NCBI GenBank assembly: GCA_963555985.3
Contig: OY820591.1
Location: 1,312,001 to 1,376,000 of the forward strand
Source of the DNA: Dehalococcoidia bacterium
GTDB taxonomy: Bacteria; Chloroflexota; Dehalococcoidia; Bin125
Reading direction: 5' to 3'
Length of the DNA stretch: 64,000 bases
The translations under genes and the position numbers were made by a program. Position 1 is the stretch's first letter. Every line of letters starts with the position of its first letter. Shown piece by piece: positions 47,581-56,504 of the stretch. Below the pieces are notes generated by a model, which made no database searches, was not told the origin of the DNA, and worked only from the letters and a program-made list of their open reading frames with translations.

Positions 47581-49062
47581 ATGAACCACCGCTTGCTGCT
47601 CCTGTCAGCGGGAACGCTGCTCACCGCCGCTGTCGTCGCTGCGATCCTGATCAGCGGTCTGATCCCGCTCGATTTCGCCGTCTCCGACAAGCACGGCGAC
47701 AGCCAAATCGACATGCGCGTACAAGCTCGGCAAACGGAGAGCGGTCGAGTCGAGGTGCGGGCCCAATCCAGCGCCGGCAGCGGCGAATGGATCACTCACA
47801 CGCCCGAGGCCCGCTTCCTCCCCGCCGAACCCCAGCCCGGCAGCTGGTACTCCAGCAATTCGTTCGCCGTGAGCGCCCCCGCTGCGGCGCCGGACAGCTC
47901 CGACGAAGCGCGCTACACCCAGTCCTTCGTCGAGCAGGCGATCGACTACTACGAACATCACGGCCGTGAGGCGACGATCGAGTACTACAGCACCCCCGGC
48001 AGCGCCGAGGGGCAGTGGTACATGTTCATCATCGATGAAGCGGATGTCATCATCGCCCATCAGAATCCGGATCTGATCGGAGCCCACGCCGACGACGTCA
48101 ACGGCCCCGACGGCTACCCGGCCGGGCGCATGGTCGTCGCCTCCGCCACTGAGGACGGCGCCTGGGTCGATTACCAGTTCAGCAATCTCGCCAGCGGAGA
48201 AGACGAGATCAAGCACTCCTGGGTCGTGCGTCACGACGGCCTGATCTTCGGCTCCGGCTGGTACGAGCAAGCTCCGTCGAAAGTTCACGCGCCGGGCGCG
48301 TTCACGCAGTCCTACGTGGCGCGAGCGCTGGAGCTGTACCGCGTGCTGGGCCGCGAGGCGACGCTGGAGTACTACAGCACGCCCGAGAGCGCCGACGGCC
48401 AGTGGTACATGTTCATCCACACGACCGAGGGCACGCGCGTCGCGCACGCCCACCGCGCCAACCGTCCGGGCTGGCTGGGCAGCAACGTCGGCGTGGGCGG
48501 CGTCGACGTGACCGGCTACAACTACGGCCAGGACATGCTCACCATCGAGGATCGCGGCTGGGTCGCCTACGTCTTCGTCAACCCCGCCGACCAAGACCAG
48601 TACCAGCGCAAGCACAGTTGGATCGTCACCCACGACGGCCTCCAGTTCGGCTCCGGTTGGTACGACCGCCACTACGACCTGGCGGGCGAAGACCCGGCCG
48701 GCTACTCGAAGTTGCTCGTCCAGCAGGCGATTGACCTGTACGACGCCGAGGGACGCCAAGCGGCGCTCGACTACTACAGCTCGCTCGAGAGTGTGGACGG
48801 CGAGTGGTATGTGATCATCATCCACCCCGACGGCACGCGCCTGGCGCATCCCTTCCTGCCGCTGGGCGAGAACATTCTCGACAGCGGCCCCGACATCACC
48901 GGCTACGACTTCCGCCCGGACATCGTCGCGGTCGAAGACCGCGATTGGGTGAGCTACGTGTTCGAGAATCCCGACACCGGAGAGCAGAACCAGAAGCACA
49001 CCTGGATCGTGCGCCACGACGGACTGCTCTTCGCCGCCGGCTGGTACGAAGAGATCGAGTAA
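47581..49062 (+). CDS. Membrane-anchored protein with three tandem single-Cache domains
   Basis: Three repeats of V.QAI..Y...GREA..YYS..GQWYMFI..W..Y.F.N..KHSW...HDGL.FGSGWY. Confidence 0.85.
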   Translation: MNHRLLLLSAGTLLTAAVVAAILISGLIPLDFAVSDKHGDSQIDMRVQARQTESGRVEVRAQSSAGSGEWITHTPEARFLPAEPQPGSWYSSNSFAVSAPAAAPDSSDEARYTQSFVEQAIDYYEHHGREATIEYYSTPGSAEGQWYMFIIDEADVIIAHQNPDLIGAHADDVNGPDGYPAGRMVVASATEDGAWVDYQFSNLASGEDEIKHSWVVRHDGLIFGSGWYEQAPSKVHAPGAFTQSYVARALELYRVLGREATLEYYSTPESADGQWYMFIHTTEGTRVAHAHRANRPGWLGSNVGVGGVDVTGYNYGQDMLTIEDRGWVAYVFVNPADQDQYQRKHSWIVTHDGLQFGSGWYDRHYDLAGEDPAGYSKLLVQQAIDLYDAEGRQAALDYYSSLESVDGEWYVIIIHPDGTRLAHPFLPLGENILDSGPDITGYDFRPDIVAVEDRDWVSYVFENPDTGEQNQKHTWIVRHDGLLFAAGWYEEIE

Positions 49063-49115
49063 AGCGGCAGTGACGGAGGGTAGAGTTCGCACAGGCCGAG
49101 ATCCGTTCCCCTCCT

Positions 49116-49250
49116 AGAGACCGATGCATAACCCTTGTTTCGTCATTCCCGCGAAAGCGGGAATCCATGTGGTGCCTCGAGTGGCATCTGGACCCCCATT
49201 TGCGAGGGAATGACGAGCTCAGCCGATCGCGGGGTTATGCATCGGTCCCT
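49116..49250. mobile_element. Simple MITE, 135 bp, containing an inverted palindrome pair
   Basis: 19-bp TIR AGAGACCGATGCATAACCC / GGGTTATGCATCGGTCCCT with 1 mismatch; CCT duplication. Confidence 0.88.
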
Positions 49251-49257
49251 CCTACCC

Positions 49258-49944
49258 TCACGCCCGGCGCAGGACCCACCAACTCACTCCGCTCAGCGCG
49301 GCCAACGGAACCAGAATCGCCGCGCCGATCAGCAGCGTCGTGTCGAAGAAGAAGCGCTGCGGGAAGAGCTGAATCAGCGCGTCGCGCGAACTCAGCTGCC
49401 AGAGATCGTTGGTGAAGAAGATCAGGTGGAAGCTGCGGAAGGCGGAGTCGAACCCGCTCAGCCCGAAGATCGCCAGCGCGACGAACGCGATCGCGACGAT
49501 CCCGCAGGCGATCAGGACTGATCGCGCCAGGCTGCGCAGCGCCCGCTCGGCCCGCCAGATCACAAACGCGATGAAGGCGATGATGTAGCCCAGCGCGGCC
49601 CAGCCCGCGTCGTAGACCCGCGCCATCAGCCGCTTCACGTCGACCATGTGCAGCACTTCGCGCTCGGAGTAGAAGGGCGCGCCGCCGACGCTGACCGTCA
49701 GCAGTTCGTCGTCGTTGGAGAGGTAGTCGCGCGTTTCGGCGGCGACCCGATCCACTTCCTCCGGCGTCAGACCGGTGCGCGAGACGGCGTCGTAGCGCTC
49801 GAAGCCGCGCTCCCACCAGGCGTCCGAGGTCGCGGCATAGCGCACCGCGAGCGCAATCGGCAGCACCAGCAGCGCCAGCGCCAGCGCCAGGTGCGCCAGC
49901 GTCCAGGCCAGGCGAGCCGCGATCAGCAGAGCGATAGGATTCAT
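49258..49944 (-). CDS. DUF1461/TIGR01906 (Lit-like) membrane protein
   Basis: REVLHMVDVK, F..FHLIFFTNDLW, LIQLFPQRFF. Confidence 0.88.
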   Translation of the reverse strand: MNPIALLIAARLAWTLAHLALALALLVLPIALAVRYAATSDAWWERGFERYDAVSRTGLTPEEVDRVAAETRDYLSNDDELLTVSVGGAPFYSEREVLHMVDVKRLMARVYDAGWAALGYIIAFIAFVIWRAERALRSLARSVLIACGIVAIAFVALAIFGLSGFDSAFRSFHLIFFTNDLWQLSSRDALIQLFPQRFFFDTTLLIGAAILVPLAALSGVSWWVLRRA

Positions 49945-49980
49945 GCGTCGCCTAGAGCCTATCGAGTGCCGGAGTCTCAG

Positions 49981-50901
49981 ATGTTGCGGAACCTCGCCAA
50001 GATCATTGAACTTGCCGGACTCGAAGACGAAGCGACGTTCAGCGTCGTGCGCTCGTCCGCCGCCGCAGCGCCGCTCACGACGGGCGCGCTCTTGGTGCTG
50101 GTAGACGATCCCCTTGGCCTGGCGACCACGCTGCGCCACTATCCGGCGGAACACGCCGTCCGCGTCGTTGATCGCGACGAGCGCGTCAGCGCCTCCACTG
50201 TGGCCGAACTCTTGCAAGACAGCGAGCACGCCGCCGCGCTGATTCTCGATCCGATCGATCTGTTCGAGCTGCGCAACGCGCCAGAGGGCGTGCGCGGCGT
50301 GATCGACCGCCTGCGCGATCCCGACGACGGCTGTCCCTGGGACAACGCGCAGACGCATCTGAGCCTGCGCCCGCATCTGCTCGAAGAGACCTACGAGGTG
50401 CTCGAAGCGATCGCCGGGGGCGACCCCGCCCACCTCTGCGAAGAGTTGGGCGATCTGCTGATGCAGGTGGTGCTGCACGCGAAGCTGGCCGAGCAGGACG
50501 GGCACTTCAGCCTCGACGACGTGGCCGAGGGCATTCGCGCCAAGCTGGTGCGCCGTCACCCTCATGTCTTCGGCGACGCCTCGGCCGACTCTGCCGCTTG
50601 GGTGGAGGGCGCTTGGGAGCGTCTGAAAGCGAGGGAGCGTCCCAACCGCGAGTCCGTGCTCGACGGCGTGCCCAAGACGCTGCCGGCGCTGGCGCGAGCC
50701 CAGTCCTTGCTCGGCCGCGCGGAGCGCAACGGCTTTGCTCGCCAAGCCGGTGGGAGCGACGATCCGGGCGAGCGGGCGCTTGACCTGGTGCTGGAGGCAA
50801 GGGCGGCCGGGATCCAGCTTGAGGATGCGGTCCGGGATGCTCTGGATCGTTTTGAGCGGGGTGTTCGTGCGGTGGAGGCGGAGGGTCGGGGCGGGGGGTG
50901 A
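49981..50901 (+). CDS. mazG: MazG family nucleoside triphosphate pyrophosphohydrolase
   Basis: LRDPDDGCPWD..QTHLSL, EETYE, EELGDLL, KLVRRHPHVF. Confidence 0.92.
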   Translation: MLRNLAKIIELAGLEDEATFSVVRSSAAAAPLTTGALLVLVDDPLGLATTLRHYPAEHAVRVVDRDERVSASTVAELLQDSEHAAALILDPIDLFELRNAPEGVRGVIDRLRDPDDGCPWDNAQTHLSLRPHLLEETYEVLEAIAGGDPAHLCEELGDLLMQVVLHAKLAEQDGHFSLDDVAEGIRAKLVRRHPHVFGDASADSAAWVEGAWERLKARERPNRESVLDGVPKTLPALARAQSLLGRAERNGFARQAGGSDDPGERALDLVLEARAAGIQLEDAVRDALDRFERGVRAVEAEGRGGG

Positions 50902-50956
50902 GTGGTTTCGGTGGTTCGGGATTCTCGTCTGCGGGGAGGTTTGCGTATGGCAAAGA

Positions 50957-51027
50957 CCGTCATACCCGCGCTTGCCGCGGGTATCTCGCTGTGATCTGCA
51001 CGGTCGTCGCTCGCGCGGCAATGACGG
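50957..51027. repeat. Degenerate REP-like palindrome pair
   Basis: CCGTCATACCCGCG..CGCGGGTAT ... ATGACGG. Confidence 0.6.
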
Positions 51028-51048
51028 AGCACGTCGGCCATTGCAAAG

Positions 51049-51116
51049 CTCTCCCCCCCTTGCGGGGGGAGATGCCGAAAGCCTGCCCCAGGCCTGAACT
51101 GGGGGCAGAGGGGGGT
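51049..51116 (+). repeat. Second-type palindromic repeat, copy 1
   Basis: CTCTCCCCCCCTTGCGGGGGGAGATG..GCCTGCCCC..CAGAGGGGG, shared with 52255-52325. Confidence 0.8.
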
Positions 51117-51322
51117 ATCCCATTTGCACCGCCATCGGCGTCTGAACCAGCGCTTCTATCCCATATGTGAACAGTCCCTAACGCCGGAAACTCACTCCAA
51201 AGAACACAAATTCCCACTCTGTCAACCAGACAACAACCCCAATCACCCCAATCACGACCAAACCATGTAACGTCGTCAGAACCTACGTATCGTACAAGCG
51301 TACTCGAAAGGAAGCCGCAACC

Positions 51323-52225
51323 ATGTACATCTCACCCCGCCGACGCCGCCGCATCCTCGAAGCCCACCGCCTCCGCCAGGAGGGACACTCCCTCCGCGCC
51401 ATCGCCCAATTCCTCGACGTCTCCGCTGCCACCGTCCACGCCGACCTCAAACTGCTCGAAACCCACTGGAGCGACCTCGTCGAACAAGCCGCCGACGACC
51501 TCCTCCTCAACCAAATCAATCAGCTCGAACGTCGCCTCGTCAAAGTCCTCGAACGCAACCCCTTCGACGTCTTCGACCGCTACGTCGTCAGCCTCGGCGA
51601 GGGCTACTTCCGCGCCTGGACCGACACCCTCTCCGCCACCGATATCGTCCGCGTCCAACAGGCCCACACCGCCGAAATCGCACTCCTCTTCCGCGAAACC
51701 CGGCGCGCCATCCAGGACCTCCACCGCCGCGCCGGACAACGCCGCGACCTGGCCGCACAATCCGACTCCGACCGCGAACCCGACTACCCCGCCGAAGAAC
51801 TCACCGATCCCCCGAGCCCCGGCGAAGAGCTCCTGATCCAACAACGCCGCGACGACCGCGCCCGAACCCAAGCCGAATTCCTCCCGGACGCCCCGGACTC
51901 GCTGAACATCCCTGAACACCCTGAACCCGCTTCAGCCCAGCCAGCAAAGGAAAACCTCCAAACCGGCCCGCCCGAAAAAATTTCCCCTGAACAACCTGAA
52001 CACCCACCCGGCGACGCCCCCGAAGACAGCCCCGAACATCTCCCCGTCGCCCCCAAAACCATGCTCCAAGCCATCCACGACGAGATCGTCGCCGACAACC
52101 CCCTCCTCAAAAGCAAAAACGAGGACGAACTCATCGCCTTCCTCGACCAACTCGCCCTCCAAGTCCAACCCGAAGACCCAACCGAACCCCCCATCCCCAT
52201 CTACACCGACGCCGCCGGCAGCTAA
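51323..52225 (+). CDS. Orphan HTH protein, phage small-terminase-like N-terminus, low-complexity acidic/Pro tail
   Basis: RRRILEAHRLRQEGHSLRAIAQFLDVSAATVHADL; AAGGA upstream; strongly C-rich coding strand. Confidence 0.7.
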   Translation: MYISPRRRRRILEAHRLRQEGHSLRAIAQFLDVSAATVHADLKLLETHWSDLVEQAADDLLLNQINQLERRLVKVLERNPFDVFDRYVVSLGEGYFRAWTDTLSATDIVRVQQAHTAEIALLFRETRRAIQDLHRRAGQRRDLAAQSDSDREPDYPAEELTDPPSPGEELLIQQRRDDRARTQAEFLPDAPDSLNIPEHPEPASAQPAKENLQTGPPEKISPEQPEHPPGDAPEDSPEHLPVAPKTMLQAIHDEIVADNPLLKSKNEDELIAFLDQLALQVQPEDPTEPPIPIYTDAAGS

Positions 52226-52254
52226 ACAGAACCGCTCCCAAAACTCCCCCTCCC

Positions 52255-52325
52255 CTCTCCCCCCCTTGCGGGGGGAGATGTCCCGTAGAGCCTGCCCCCG
52301 CGAAGGCGGGGGGACAGAGGGGGTC
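52255..52325 (+). repeat. Second-type palindromic repeat, copy 2
   Basis: Same orientation as 51049-51116; first 26 nt identical. Confidence 0.8.
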
Positions 52326-52355
52326 CGCACGCCTCTTCGGGAAGCCCGCACCCCA

Positions 52356-52696
52356 CCGTCATTCCCGCGCCGGGAGACCATTGCAAAACCCCACTTCCGT
52401 CATTCCCGCGCAGGCAGACCGTTGCAAAATCCCCATATCCGTCATTCCCGCGAACGCGGGAATCCACGTCCCACTCGATACGCCGCATGGATTCCCGCCT
52501 GCGGAGGCCCTTGCGAAACCCCCATTTCCGTCATTCCAGGCTTGACCTGGAATCTCGTTCGGAGTTCGGTCTATCGGGTCAGGCGAGATTCCAGCTTTCG
52601 CTGGAATGACGAGAGCAGCGGGAATGCCAATGTGCAAAGGCCTCCCTGCGCGGGAATGACGAAATCAGCCGATCGCGAAGCGATGTATCAACCTCT
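52356..52696. mobile_element. Composite MITE/REP cluster with complete inner element 52504-52644
   Basis: GAGGCCCTTGCG / TGCAAAGGCCTC ends with CCTGCG duplication inside TGGATTCCCGCCTGCGCGGGAATGACG. Confidence 0.85.
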
Positions 52697-52747
52697 GAGA
52701 GGCAAGAGGCGTCTGCACGATTATCCCCGGAACTGTGCAAACAGACC

Positions 52748-54991
52748 CTAGCTCCGGGTCAGGTTCGCAATCGAGGCGAGTAGGCGCTTGACGCCGGTTT
52801 CCTCGAATCTGACCGTGACCTCGGCGTCCGCTCCGATCGGGCGCAGGGAGACCACGACGCCCGCGCCGAAGGTCTCGTGCGAGACGCGATCGCCGGGGTT
52901 GAGGCCGATCTGGACGGGTTCCGCCTGGGCGTCGTCGAAGCTGTCGAAATCGTCCCAGCGGACGGTGCGGTTGCGTGCGGGGCGCACGTCCTGTCCGACC
53001 TGGGCGCTCGCGGCGCGATCGAGCTGCACCAGTTCGGCGGGCAGATCGAGCAGGAATCGGGAGGGGGAGTTGTGCCCGGAGCGGCCCTGATAGGCGCGGC
53101 GGAAGGCGTAGAGCAGATGCAGCTCGCGTTCGGCGCGGGTCATGCCGACATAACAGAGCCGCCGCTCTTCCTCCAACTGGGCGGGATCGTCCATCGACAA
53201 CTGGTGCGGCAGCAGGTTCTCCTCCAGTCCCGCCATGAACACGACCGGGAACTCCAGCCCCTTGGACTGGTGCAGCGTGATCAGCGTGACCGCGTCGGGC
53301 GGGCCTTCGGGCAGGTCGTCTACGTCGGCGACCAGGGCGACATCTTCGAGGAAGGCGTCGAGCGCCGCGCCCGGCGCGATCTCCGCGTAGTTCTCGGTGA
53401 CGGTGATCAGCTCCTGCACGTTTTCCCAACGGCTCTCGGCGTCGGTTTCGTTGTCCGCCTGACGCTCGAGGTAGTCGCGGTAGCGAGTCTTGAGCAAGAT
53501 CGTGCGGAGCGCGGCGCCCAGCGGCTCGCGCGCGGCCTGGGCCCGCGCCTCCTCGATCAAACCGACGAAGGCGTGCAGCGTGCTCGCCGCTTTGCGCGAC
53601 GCCGCTGGCGGCGCGACCTGACCGTTGAGCGCATCCGCGTCCCTGCCCGAAGCGGCCTCTGCCGCCTGCATCAAGGTGCGCCCGTGCATTGCCGCCCAGT
53701 CGGTCAGGTTTAGCACCGTTTTCGCGCCTACGCCCCGCGTGGGCACGTTGACGACGCGATTGAAGGCGACCGAGTCCGCCGGATTCCGGACCAGACGCAG
53801 GTAGGCGAGCAGATCGCGCACTTCGCGCCGGTCGTAGAAGCGAGTCGCGCCGACGAGTCGGTAGGGCAAGCCGTGCTGAACGAACGCCTCCTCGATCGGC
53901 CGCGACTGCGCGTTGGTGCGGTAGAGCACGGCCGCGTCGCCCGGGCGCATCGCGCCCTCCCGGATCCCGCCTTCGATCGCCGCCGCGATGTACTCCGCCT
54001 CATCCTGTTCGCTGTAGGCCTCATGCACTCGCGGCAGGGGGCCGTCGTGGTTCTCGGTGATCAGCTGCCGCTCGATGCGGTCGCGTCCGCGCGCGATCAC
54101 CGCGTTGGCGACGTCCAGGATCTGCTGCGTGGAGCGGTAGTTGTTGTTCAGCTGGACTTCGGCAGCGGCGGCATGGTCGTTGATGAAGTAGCGCAGGTTG
54201 CGGATATCGGCCGAGCGCCAGGAGTAGATCGACTGATCCGGATCGCCCACGACGGTCAAGTTCTGGGTACCTCCCGACCAGGCGCGGGCGAGCTGATATT
54301 GCACCGTGGAGGTGTCCTGGAACTCGTCCACCAGCACGTGCTCGAATCGATCCTGGTAGTACTGCCGCGCCTCGGCGAGCTCGAACAGTTGCAGTGTGCG
54401 CAGCAGCAGGTCGTCGAAGTCGAGCGCTTGGGCTTCGCGGAGCGCGGCCGCGTAGCGTTCCCAGACTCGCGCCGCCACCTCGTCGAAGTAGTTTCCGGTC
54501 GCCGCCGCGAAGTCCTCCAACGAGGTGCCTTCGCTCTTGCTGCGCGAGATTCGGCTCAACATCGCGCGGGGCGCGTACTGCTTCGGATCGAGCTGGAGTT
54601 CTTTGAGCGCGGCGCGCACGATCTGCATCTGGTCGTCGTCGTCGAAGATCTGAAACTGTCGCGGCACCGCGATCGCATCGCCGCGCGAGCGCAGCATCCG
54701 CACGCAGATGCGGTGGAAGGTGCCCAGCCAGACCTGTTCGCTCTGCTCTTCGCCGATCAGCGCTTCCAGCCGTCCGCGCATCTCGCGCGCGGCGCGGTTG
54801 GTGAAGGTGACCGCCAGAATGCGCCAGGGCGCGACGCCCTGCTCGATCAGCCAGGCGATCCGGTGGGTGACGACGCGGGTCTTGCCCGAGCCGGGTCCGG
54901 CCACGATCAGCAGCGGCCCGTCGGGATGCGTGACCGCTTCGCGCTGGGCGTCGTTGAGTTGTTCGAGCTGGATGGAGGAACGAGTGGTCAT
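52748..54991 (-). CDS. pcrA: UvrD/PcrA SF1 DNA helicase
   Basis: AGPGSGKT, VTFTNRAA, DEFQD, VGDPDQSIYSWR, TLHQSKGLEF, EERRLCYVGMTRA; C-terminal Tudor-like GDRVSHETFGAG. Confidence 0.96.
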   Translation of the reverse strand: MTTRSSIQLEQLNDAQREAVTHPDGPLLIVAGPGSGKTRVVTHRIAWLIEQGVAPWRILAVTFTNRAAREMRGRLEALIGEEQSEQVWLGTFHRICVRMLRSRGDAIAVPRQFQIFDDDDQMQIVRAALKELQLDPKQYAPRAMLSRISRSKSEGTSLEDFAAATGNYFDEVAARVWERYAAALREAQALDFDDLLLRTLQLFELAEARQYYQDRFEHVLVDEFQDTSTVQYQLARAWSGGTQNLTVVGDPDQSIYSWRSADIRNLRYFINDHAAAAEVQLNNNYRSTQQILDVANAVIARGRDRIERQLITENHDGPLPRVHEAYSEQDEAEYIAAAIEGGIREGAMRPGDAAVLYRTNAQSRPIEEAFVQHGLPYRLVGATRFYDRREVRDLLAYLRLVRNPADSVAFNRVVNVPTRGVGAKTVLNLTDWAAMHGRTLMQAAEAASGRDADALNGQVAPPAASRKAASTLHAFVGLIEEARAQAAREPLGAALRTILLKTRYRDYLERQADNETDAESRWENVQELITVTENYAEIAPGAALDAFLEDVALVADVDDLPEGPPDAVTLITLHQSKGLEFPVVFMAGLEENLLPHQLSMDDPAQLEEERRLCYVGMTRAERELHLLYAFRRAYQGRSGHNSPSRFLLDLPAELVQLDRAASAQVGQDVRPARNRTVRWDDFDSFDDAQAEPVQIGLNPGDRVSHETFGAGVVVSLRPIGADAEVTVRFEETGVKRLLASIANLTRS

Positions 54992-55078
54992 CGCAGCGAG
55001 CATAGCTGCGAGATCGGGATATAGTGGCAGCGCGGGTATCGGGGCGGGCGTCGGGCTGACGCGCTTGCGAGGCGGAAC

Positions 55079-55654
55079 ATGGTCGCTGCGGCGGCGGGCG
55101 GATCGTTCGAGAGTTGGAGCGCTGCTGGGGTTGATTGGCCCGGCGGCAGTCCTGAGAACACCGGCCTGATCATCGCCATCATCGTGGGCGCGTATTTGGT
55201 GGCGCTGTGGATTTCGGCGGCGGTCTGGACGGCGCGCGACATTCGCAACCGGACGCACGATCCGGTGGCGCAGATCGTCTCGACCCTGATCGTGCTCGTG
55301 TTCAACTTCCCCGGGCTCGTGCTCTACCGCGTGCTGCGTCCGCCGCTGACCTTGCAGGAGGCGGAAGAGCATCAGTTGGAGACCGACGCGCTGACGCGCG
55401 AGCTCCAGCAGCACCCCAGCTGCCCGCGCTGCCAGGCGGAGATCCTGCCCGACTATCTCGCCTGTCCCCGTTGCGCGGCGCTTCTGCGGCGTCAGTGCGA
55501 GTCCTGCGCGCGCATCCTCGATCCGGCCTGGGTGATGTGTCCCTGGTGCGCGCATCGGGTTGAGACCGAAGCGGCGAATGGCACGTCCGAGTCTGCCGTA
55601 CGATCAGCTACGCCCGAAGCGAGCCCGAGCCAGGAGAGTGCGACAGATGGCTGA
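55079..55654 (+). CDS. Membrane protein with double zinc ribbon
   Basis: Two TM helices, LRPPLTL, four CxxC pairs. Confidence 0.85.
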   Translation: MVAAAAGGSFESWSAAGVDWPGGSPENTGLIIAIIVGAYLVALWISAAVWTARDIRNRTHDPVAQIVSTLIVLVFNFPGLVLYRVLRPPLTLQEAEEHQLETDALTRELQQHPSCPRCQAEILPDYLACPRCAALLRRQCESCARILDPAWVMCPWCAHRVETEAANGTSESAVRSATPEASPSQESATDG

Positions 55655-56486
55655 GATTCGACACTCGCGGATCGAGATCAACGGGGTCTCGGCTCCGATC
55701 GCGGAGGCGGGACCCGACGGTTCGTCGGAGGCGGCGGTCTGTCTGCACTCGGTGCCGGGCTCGGGCCGCGACTTTCAGTGGCTGCTGCCGGAAACGGGCG
55801 AAGTCGTGCGTTCGATTGCGCTGGATCTGCCCGGTTTCGGGCGGGCGGACAAGCCGCGCGACTTTCCCTACTCGATTCAGGGCTATCAAACCTGGCTCGC
55901 GCCCGCGCTGAACGAGTTGGGCGCGGAGCGGGTGCATCTGATCCTGCACAGCTTTCACGGGATGACCGGTCTGATGTGGGCGGCGATGAACCCGGACAAG
56001 TGCGCGTCGGTGACGCTGCTCGATTCAGGTGTCCTGGAGGACTACAAGGGCAACCTGGTGGCGAATATCTGGCGCACGCCGATCGCGGGGGAGATTCTCC
56101 AGTTCACGACGACCCGTCCGCTGTTCAAGCTGTTCATGCGCTGGGGCAATCCGCGCGGGCTGAATCCGCAGTGGCTTGACGAGTTGATCACCGAGGACGA
56201 TCGCGACACGCGCCGGGTCACGCTCGAGCTCTACCGCAACACCAACTTCGACGACGCGAGGATCTTGCGCGAGGCGCTGAGTCCGCGCGAACTTCCGGCG
56301 CTGGTGATCTACGGGAAGAAAGATCCATTCATCAGCTGGAAGTACGCCGAGCGTCAGCGGGAGACATTCCCCGAGGCGGAAGTGCACGTCTGGGAAGATT
56401 GCGGCCACTTCCCCCACGTCCAGCATCCAGAGCGGACGGCGGCGGAGGTGGTCCGATTCGTGCGCGACCAGCTTGATGGCGTCTGA
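55647..56486 (+). CDS. Alpha/beta hydrolase
   Basis: ALDLPGFGRADKP, elbow HSFHG, YGKKD, CGHFPH. Confidence 0.9.
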   Translation: MAEIRHSRIEINGVSAPIAEAGPDGSSEAAVCLHSVPGSGRDFQWLLPETGEVVRSIALDLPGFGRADKPRDFPYSIQGYQTWLAPALNELGAERVHLILHSFHGMTGLMWAAMNPDKCASVTLLDSGVLEDYKGNLVANIWRTPIAGEILQFTTTRPLFKLFMRWGNPRGLNPQWLDELITEDDRDTRRVTLELYRNTNFDDARILREALSPRELPALVIYGKKDPFISWKYAERQRETFPEAEVHVWEDCGHFPHVQHPERTAAEVVRFVRDQLDGV

Positions 56487-56504
56487 GCTGACCGAATCAA
56501 CAGA

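Noticed and set aside
49945-51135. 625-aa version of the DUF1461 ORF
   Set aside because: The extension is the antisense shadow of mazG and repeats
51323-52225. Prophage
   Set aside because: No large terminase, portal, capsid or integrase; the flanks are mazG and pcrA
54992-55555. 935-aa version of PcrA
   Set aside because: The extension is antisense to the zinc-ribbon gene; helicase motifs begin just after 54991
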